A DNA stretch of 62,290 nucleotides, from positions 1 through 62,290 of IMG/VR virus record IMGVR_UViG_3300017963_000048. One strand, given 5' to 3'. The stretch is from a virus (Duplodnaviria; Caudoviricetes). Shown here in pieces: positions 57,306-62,290 of the stretch (position 1 is its first letter; the number at the start of each line of letters is the position of its first letter). Under the pieces are notes generated by a model. That model worked only from the letters and a program-made list of their open reading frames with translations, searched no databases and was not told the DNA's origin. A program made the translations under genes and the position numbers.

Positions 57306-57791
57306 ATGCCAAACCACATGACTGATTTTCATTATAGTGATTTCTACTGGCCTATCACCTGGCGTGACCGATCGGTTTTCATACGCGGTGAAGCTGAGCA
57401 AGCCTATACAAATAACCAGCTTGCTGAAGTGCGCGGCCCATGCTGCATGTGCCAAGAAGAATTAGGCATTCAGGCAGAAATAGTGCTCATTCCTAAAAGT
57501 TTTCATATGGTCACACCGTGGGGGGATCCTGGTTTATTTGGTTGGGGTTGCGATACTTGCTTGATTCCTAGCATTGGCATTTTAGCAGTCATGTGTGAAA
57601 ACTGCACTGACTTGCCTACTTCAGAAATCACCATGTACATTTTTGGTCCCCTCGAGTCTGGTTGGCGTGTGCTAGTAGAGCAGGCGCAAAACTTCACGCG
57701 GCCCATTTTTCACTCGCCAGATTTTCACCGAGGTATTTTAGATATTCGCAGCAGTCAAAAAAATTGCTGCGAGACAGGAAGGAATTCATGA
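57306..57791 (+). CDS. Cys-rich hypothetical protein, atypical composition
   Basis: CCMC, CDTC, CENC; AT-rich upstream region. Confidence 0.6.
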   Translation: MPNHMTDFHYSDFYWPITWRDRSVFIRGEAEQAYTNNQLAEVRGPCCMCQEELGIQAEIVLIPKSFHMVTPWGDPGLFGWGCDTCLIPSIGILAVMCENCTDLPTSEITMYIFGPLESGWRVLVEQAQNFTRPIFHSPDFHRGILDIRSSQKNCCETGRNS

Positions 57792-58072
57792 ATATCCCAT
57801 ATCCACCACCAGCCACATTGCCACCATACCCTGGCCCTGTTGCTACAGCAACACCACTGGCCACAGCCACAGCCACCAGCACACCAGTCACGCTGCCCAC
57901 CAGCACGTTTTTGCTGCCAGTTGGCCCACCATCACAAGTGGGCTTGCTAGAGTTCACAGCCAGCAGTGGTGGCTTTGACGTGGCTTTGATCTTTGCAGCT
58001 GGTGTGGTGCTTGGCTTGCTGCTTGGTGCACTGTTTTGGTATCTGCTGAAGCGCAAGTTAAAGAGGTCATGA
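57788..58072 (+). CDS. Pro/Thr-rich surface peptide with C-terminal TM and basic tail
   Basis: PVATATPLATATATSTP..PSQVGLLEFTAS..TM..KRKLKRS. Confidence 0.65.
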   Translation: MNIPYPPPATLPPYPGPVATATPLATATATSTPVTLPTSTFLLPVGPPSQVGLLEFTASSGGFDVALIFAAGVVLGLLLGALFWYLLKRKLKRS

Positions 58073-58073
58073 A

Positions 58074-58913
58074 ATGAGAAACTCGACACACAAACCACGC
58101 AAAAAAAGTTTGGTGACAGCTAAAAGCATAGCACAAGCGCTGACCAAGCTGCCAGCTTCAGCACCAGCTTCAGCTGCCAAGCAATACCAGTGCAGCATTT
58201 GCCAAGATGTGGGGTATCTGCGCTATGACTTGCCCACTGATCATGCTGACTTTGGCAAATTGCAGCCCTGCCAATGTAAAGCGAAAGCCATTGCTGACTT
58301 CAAAAACAGGAATCTGTTTTCAATTTGTCAGCTGGATGATCTTTATGGCTTGCGCTTTGAAAACTTCAATCCAAATGGCTTGAATGGCTTGACCACTTCA
58401 CAGCGCAAATCTGTCAATGAAGCTTTTCGCAAATGCAATGAATATGCCAAAGAACCTGATGCACCAATGGGGTGGCTGCTGCTGGTGGGCACCTTTGGCT
58501 GTGGCAAAACACATTTGGCTGCTGCTATTGCCAATTTTATGGCTGAGCGCAAACACGTGCAAACGCTGTTTGTGACTGTGCCTGCATTGCTGGATCAGCT
58601 GCGCAACACATATGACACCAAAGAGCAAACCTTCACTGACTTAATGGAACAGATTCAAGCTGTGCAGTTGCTGGTGCTCGATGACTTTGGTGCTGAGCAG
58701 CCCACCGATTGGGCCAAAGAAAAGTTATTTCAAATTTTGAATCGCAGATATATCAGTGCAGCACCCACAGTGATCACCAGCAACTTAGCACAGCAAAAAA
58801 TGGAAAATCTGTATCCGCGTATCTATTCAAGAGTGCGTGACTCTGCACTCAGCACCATTGTCATCATTGAAGCTGATGACCAGCGCACCAAGAAACCAAA
58901 AAGGAAATTATGA
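58074..58913 (+). CDS. dnaC: DnaC/IstB-like helicase-loader ATPase
   Basis: CSIC..GY...D....H.DFGKL.PCQC; GTFGCGKTHLA; LVLDDFGAE; ITSN; SR. Confidence 0.9.
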   Translation: MRNSTHKPRKKSLVTAKSIAQALTKLPASAPASAAKQYQCSICQDVGYLRYDLPTDHADFGKLQPCQCKAKAIADFKNRNLFSICQLDDLYGLRFENFNPNGLNGLTTSQRKSVNEAFRKCNEYAKEPDAPMGWLLLVGTFGCGKTHLAAAIANFMAERKHVQTLFVTVPALLDQLRNTYDTKEQTFTDLMEQIQAVQLLVLDDFGAEQPTDWAKEKLFQILNRRYISAAPTVITSNLAQQKMENLYPRIYSRVRDSALSTIVIIEADDQRTKKPKRKL

Positions 58914-59365
58914 AAAATAAAAAAGTTAAAGTCATTTTCCCGGCTTTGTCACATCAGCACCATAATTTCAAAAAGCAGCGCACAGTGGCCAAACAGAATG
59001 CAGTCACCAGCAAACCACCACCAGTGGCCACCACGCTGTTGCAATGCGCAGTGCTGCATGCGGTCAACTTCTACACTGGCAGCACTGCCAAATGGCAGGC
59101 ATTGGCTGCATGTGGTGCCACTAACTTGCAGATCAGGGAAACTTTTGAAATTAACATGCCAAGCATGGGTGGCGGTAACATCAAATTTGACGGCCAGCAC
59201 GCGTGGGTGCGTGCCACACGCAAACCACCACGTGTGTGGGTGAGCACCACCAGTGTGCTGCCAGACATTGACAAAACCCCGACAATCGCGGGGCTTGACC
59301 TGATCAAAATGGTTCGTGAATTATATGAAATTGGGGCACCACCAAGCTTGGATATCCCATTTTGA
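58910..59365 (+). CDS. Hypothetical protein ending in SSB-like DIPF tail
   Basis: ATGA overlap; C-terminus SLDIPF. Confidence 0.65.
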   Translation: MKNKKVKVIFPALSHQHHNFKKQRTVAKQNAVTSKPPPVATTLLQCAVLHAVNFYTGSTAKWQALAACGATNLQIRETFEINMPSMGGGNIKFDGQHAWVRATRKPPRVWVSTTSVLPDIDKTPTIAGLDLIKMVRELYEIGAPPSLDIPF

Positions 59366-59415
59366 CTATCCGCACCATAAAATTATGATGACAAGTTTAT
59401 CGAAGGAAGTGCAAG

Positions 59416-59700
59416 ATGAGTTTTGTTAATTGGGTCATTGACAGCTTGGCGAGTGAAGATGTGATTGATCTGTATTTCGTGCTTAGTGACTTAAAAGATA
59501 TTTTCTTGACACCATTGCAATGGGCGCAGCAATGGTGGGGTGACGCGGCCACCAGTCAAGTCAATTGGGAGCACCTTGACCAATATGAATCCATCGAAGC
59601 TGCCTATAATCCTTACCAAGCAGCCCAAGATTTTTATGACCGTACGGGCATTAATCCTTATACTGGTGACGAAACCAGCATAGCCAAAACCGTTTTTTAG
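59416..59700 (+). CDS. Hypothetical protein
   Basis: AAGGAAG RBS. Confidence 0.65.
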   Translation: MSFVNWVIDSLASEDVIDLYFVLSDLKDIFLTPLQWAQQWWGDAATSQVNWEHLDQYESIEAAYNPYQAAQDFYDRTGINPYTGDETSIAKTVF

Positions 59701-59710
59701 GAGAATCATC

Positions 59711-59872
59711 ATGCGAAACAAAACTAACAGATTCAAGCAAGCTTTCATTATCTTGTGCGTGCTGCTTAGCATGCTTCTGGCCAGCTGTGAGTGGGGCAAG
59801 TGCAAAAACTGCAACGCAGCTGGCACGCCCATGCCCACACTGGCACCAGCTGAGCAGCCACCAGGATGGTGA
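59711..59872 (+). CDS. Small lipoprotein (53 aa, not in ORF track)
   Basis: AGGAG RBS; MRNKTNRFKQAFIILCVLLSMLLASC lipobox, TPMPTLAP. Confidence 0.7.
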   Translation: MRNKTNRFKQAFIILCVLLSMLLASCEWGKCKNCNAAGTPMPTLAPAEQPPGW

Positions 59873-59875
59873 TCA

Positions 59876-60199
59876 ATGGCACGCGCACGCTCGACACAAC
59901 GCAGACCAGCCATGCCCCAACTGTGGAACATTCAGCGTGCAGTTACTTTTGCTCGTTGGTGGGGCTTTTTGCTTGGTGTGGTGCTGTCACAATTGGTGAC
60001 ACGCTATACTGAAAGCACCATTGATTGGGAGTATATCCCGCTGACCTGGATTGCTTTGTTTGTGGTCACAGTCAGCAATGCAGTGCATTATTTGGTGATT
60101 GCAGAAACTTATACACGTTATAAAATGACCAGAAATTCAATGATGCAACGCATGGCCGACCAGTCAAAGGACAAGAAAGCATGGTGGCGAAAAGGCTGA
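59876..60199 (+). CDS. Two-TM membrane protein
   Basis: Two hydrophobic segments. Confidence 0.65.
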   Translation: MARARSTQRRPAMPQLWNIQRAVTFARWWGFLLGVVLSQLVTRYTESTIDWEYIPLTWIALFVVTVSNAVHYLVIAETYTRYKMTRNSMMQRMADQSKDKKAWWRKG

Positions 60200-60245
60200 C
60201 CAGCTGGCTGCACTTGCGCTGAGCCCACAAAGCTGCTAAGATATT

Positions 60246-60319
60246 AGGTAGATAGCATTCTGCATGATGCTTATCTCCTTACTTCCAAAGCGCTGCTGAC
60301 ATGGCAGCGCTTTGTTTTT
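60246..60319 (+). ncRNA. Candidate ~75-nt small RNA with anti-SD CUCCUU
   Basis: TTGCGC(60214)-17-TAAGAT promoter; AGAUA-GCAU/AUGC-UAUCU hairpin; CUCCUUACUUCC; terminator AAAGCGCUGC/GCAGCGCUUU. Confidence 0.55.
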
Positions 60320-60351
60320 AAAATTCCCCCGATTCATATGGGGGTAAGCAC

Positions 60352-60380
60352 TTGTCAAATTGTAAAGCTGGCTTTATAAT
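60352..60380 (+). promoter_or_regulatory. Sigma70-type early promoter
   Basis: TTGTCA-17-TATAAT identical to 618-646. Confidence 0.85.
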
Positions 60381-60432
60381 GTCATTTGTAAGTTGAAGCA
60401 CACACACACATAGGCACTGGAGGCCAAAAAAA

Positions 60433-60966
60433 ATGACTGAGATTATCATCACCACACAGCAGTTTGAAAGCTTCATTGAAGCACAGCGCAAGCAGCAAGC
60501 TGGCAGCTGCCATGCTGAGCACTTGCAAGGGTCCAAAGTTGTCATCAGATATATAGAACTTTTCAATGGTGTCAAAGTGCAAGTCAATGCCAACTATTTG
60601 CACAAAGCCAGTGACTATTGCCAAGAGCACGCTGGCCAATGGTATTTTTCTCAATACAGCAGTGAAGCCACACACGTGTGCATAAAGTTGCAGTCCAGCA
60701 CCTACAATTGCTTTGGCACTGGTGCACGCAGTAACGACACACATGAAGCTGCACGCCAAGCCATTGTCAATTTGTGCACACATGGCATGACTAGCACTGA
60801 AGTCATTGAAGCCATGCCACCACTGCAAAACATGTTTGGTGAATGGTCACTTGAATTTAAGTATAAAATTGCCAATCTGCACAATGCTGAAACTGAAGCC
60901 AAGCCAGTCAAAAATTTGAATGACTTTGACAGCGCTGCTGATTACATTGCATATTTGAAAAGCTGA
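60433..60966 (+). CDS. Early hypothetical protein
   Basis: CA leader and CTGGAGG RBS. Confidence 0.78.
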   Translation: MTEIIITTQQFESFIEAQRKQQAGSCHAEHLQGSKVVIRYIELFNGVKVQVNANYLHKASDYCQEHAGQWYFSQYSSEATHVCIKLQSSTYNCFGTGARSNDTHEAARQAIVNLCTHGMTSTEVIEAMPPLQNMFGEWSLEFKYKIANLHNAETEAKPVKNLNDFDSAADYIAYLKS

Positions 60967-60994
60967 AGCACTCACAAAAAAAGGAGAAATTATC

Positions 60995-61795
60995 ATGCAA
61001 AATTTTGAAAATCCATACACACTTGATGAAGGTTTTGACGTTGAAGTAGGTGACTTGGTGGCTGAAGTTAACAGCATTAGCTTTGATGTAAAGTCAATCA
61101 GCCGAGTCAAAGCGCTTTGGCGCAATGGCATTGCTGTGCTGGCCAATGGCAAAAAAGTCCGACCATCGAAAACTGGCTTGGCTGGTGAATTTGGTGGCCG
61201 CGGGTGCAATGGCAGTTTCACAAAAGTTGATTGGCAGAAAGAGGACTTGGCACGCGCTAACATGCGCAATTGGCATGAAAAGCGTGAATCCATTGCAGCT
61301 GAAAATGCTGCCAGACGCAAAGCTGCTTTGCAGCGTTATGCTGCACGCGTGGCACATGTGTGGGAACAGTGTGGTAACAGCTTCAATGCAGCCCAAGTGA
61401 TTGTGATTGAAAGCAGTGACACCAAGTTGATTGAGGTGCGCACATTGCCATTTTTGACTTATGCTGAAATTGAAGCATGCAGCACGCTTGACCAAGATGG
61501 TGTCACCAGCACACGCACCACAGTGCGGTTATATGTCAATGTACAAACCATCACACACTTTGACATTGATGACTCTGAGCGCATCATCCAAGTTGATCAC
61601 CATGCTTTAGGCTTCAGTCAATCTATGCTTGAATATGTCACTGAAACTGGTGAAACTTTCAGTGCCCACACTGGCAATAACCTGATCAATGTCAAGCGCA
61701 CTGACACACTTGGCATTGCTCAGCTGTTAGCTGGTGCCAGCTTGACAGTTGACTTTGCTGAAATTGTGTATGCTGCGGTTAGCGCAGCATATTGA
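60995..61795 (+). CDS. Early hypothetical protein
   Basis: AAGGAG RBS. Confidence 0.75.
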   Translation: MQNFENPYTLDEGFDVEVGDLVAEVNSISFDVKSISRVKALWRNGIAVLANGKKVRPSKTGLAGEFGGRGCNGSFTKVDWQKEDLARANMRNWHEKRESIAAENAARRKAALQRYAARVAHVWEQCGNSFNAAQVIVIESSDTKLIEVRTLPFLTYAEIEACSTLDQDGVTSTRTTVRLYVNVQTITHFDIDDSERIIQVDHHALGFSQSMLEYVTETGETFSAHTGNNLINVKRTDTLGIAQLLAGASLTVDFAEIVYAAVSAAY

Positions 61796-61815
61796 AAAAC
61801 GTTGCTACAGCAACA

Positions 61816-61937
61816 CCAAAGCGCTGCCAGCTGGCAGCGCTTTTTTTATCGCCCGAATAATACGGGGGTATTGCCTTGACAACCTATAAAGCCAGCTTTA
61901 TAATTACACTTGTAAGTCAAAACACACTCACACACAC
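61816..61937 (+). repeat. Terminator+promoter+leader module, copy of 1481-1601
   Basis: Differs by about one base; TTGACA 61876, TATAAT 61899. Confidence 0.9.
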
Positions 61938-61964
61938 GCAGCACCAGCTGCCAAGGAGAAAATC

Positions 61965-62159
61965 ATGAATACAAATGAAAATAATTTCAACGCTCAGCGC
62001 ACAGTGGTTGACCAAGCTTTCAGCTTTGCCAGAAAAAAAGCTGAAGCTGGTGAATGGTCATGGGAATTTGCTTTCAATTGGGTGAAAGCTGTCAATGAAA
62101 ATAATGATCAAGTTGTTGACCAAGCTTTCACAGTTGAAAACGTAGGATGGGACGCGTAA
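61965..62159 (+). CDS. Small hypothetical protein with internal VVDQAF duplication
   Basis: AAGGAG RBS; NENN...VVDQAF occurs twice. Confidence 0.7.
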   Translation: MNTNENNFNAQRTVVDQAFSFARKKAEAGEWSWEFAFNWVKAVNENNDQVVDQAFTVENVGWDA

Positions 62160-62167
62160 CAGCACCA

Positions 62168-62290
62168 GCCAGCAAAACACCACTGACACACACACACACA
62201 TGGCACTGGAGGCCAACTAAAATGACAAACACAACTGACACACTCACCAAAAAAATTGAACTGCTGAATGAATTAACTGAAGCTTATGAA
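62168..62290. repeat. Terminal direct repeat (copy of 1-123)
   Basis: Exact match to window start. Confidence 0.95.

Overview
The window is an apparently complete ~62.2 kb tailed-phage genome with siphovirus-type gene content; bases 1-123 are repeated at 62168-62290, implying a circular assembly of 62,167 bp. There are two transcription arms. The leftward arm (49934 to 3950) carries accessory/early genes, a 7-deazaguanine DNA-modification cluster, terminase, portal, head, fibre-like genes, tail and lysis. The rightward arm (50120 through the junction to 3841) carries an HTH regulator, a Rep-like gene, ParB, a lipoprotein/FtsK/membrane trio, DnaC and an array of small single-gene cassettes. 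I recognised no integrase, DNA polymerase, helicase, tRNA or CRISPR array. The host is probably a filamentous Chloroflexota (inference from the DnaC N-terminus, ATAT/PT-rich membrane proteins and a Chloroflexota-style RiPP-like peptide). Most striking signals: (1) a 16-bp parS-like palindrome TGTTGCT-NN-AGCAACA in at least 13 copies spaced 2-7 kb apart around the whole genome, five inside genes; (2) a TraB/Spd-like FtsK module next to ParB; (3) a Gat-QueC/DpdA-like/YhhQ cluster containing a glycosyltransferase; (4) a 40-aa RiPP-precursor-like gene coupled to the portal; (5) two promoter-driven non-coding RNAs with anti-Shine-Dalgarno sequences; (6) a second dispersed 24-bp motif and a strong genome-wide oligonucleotide bias. 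All calls come from reading motifs by eye; no database searches were run.
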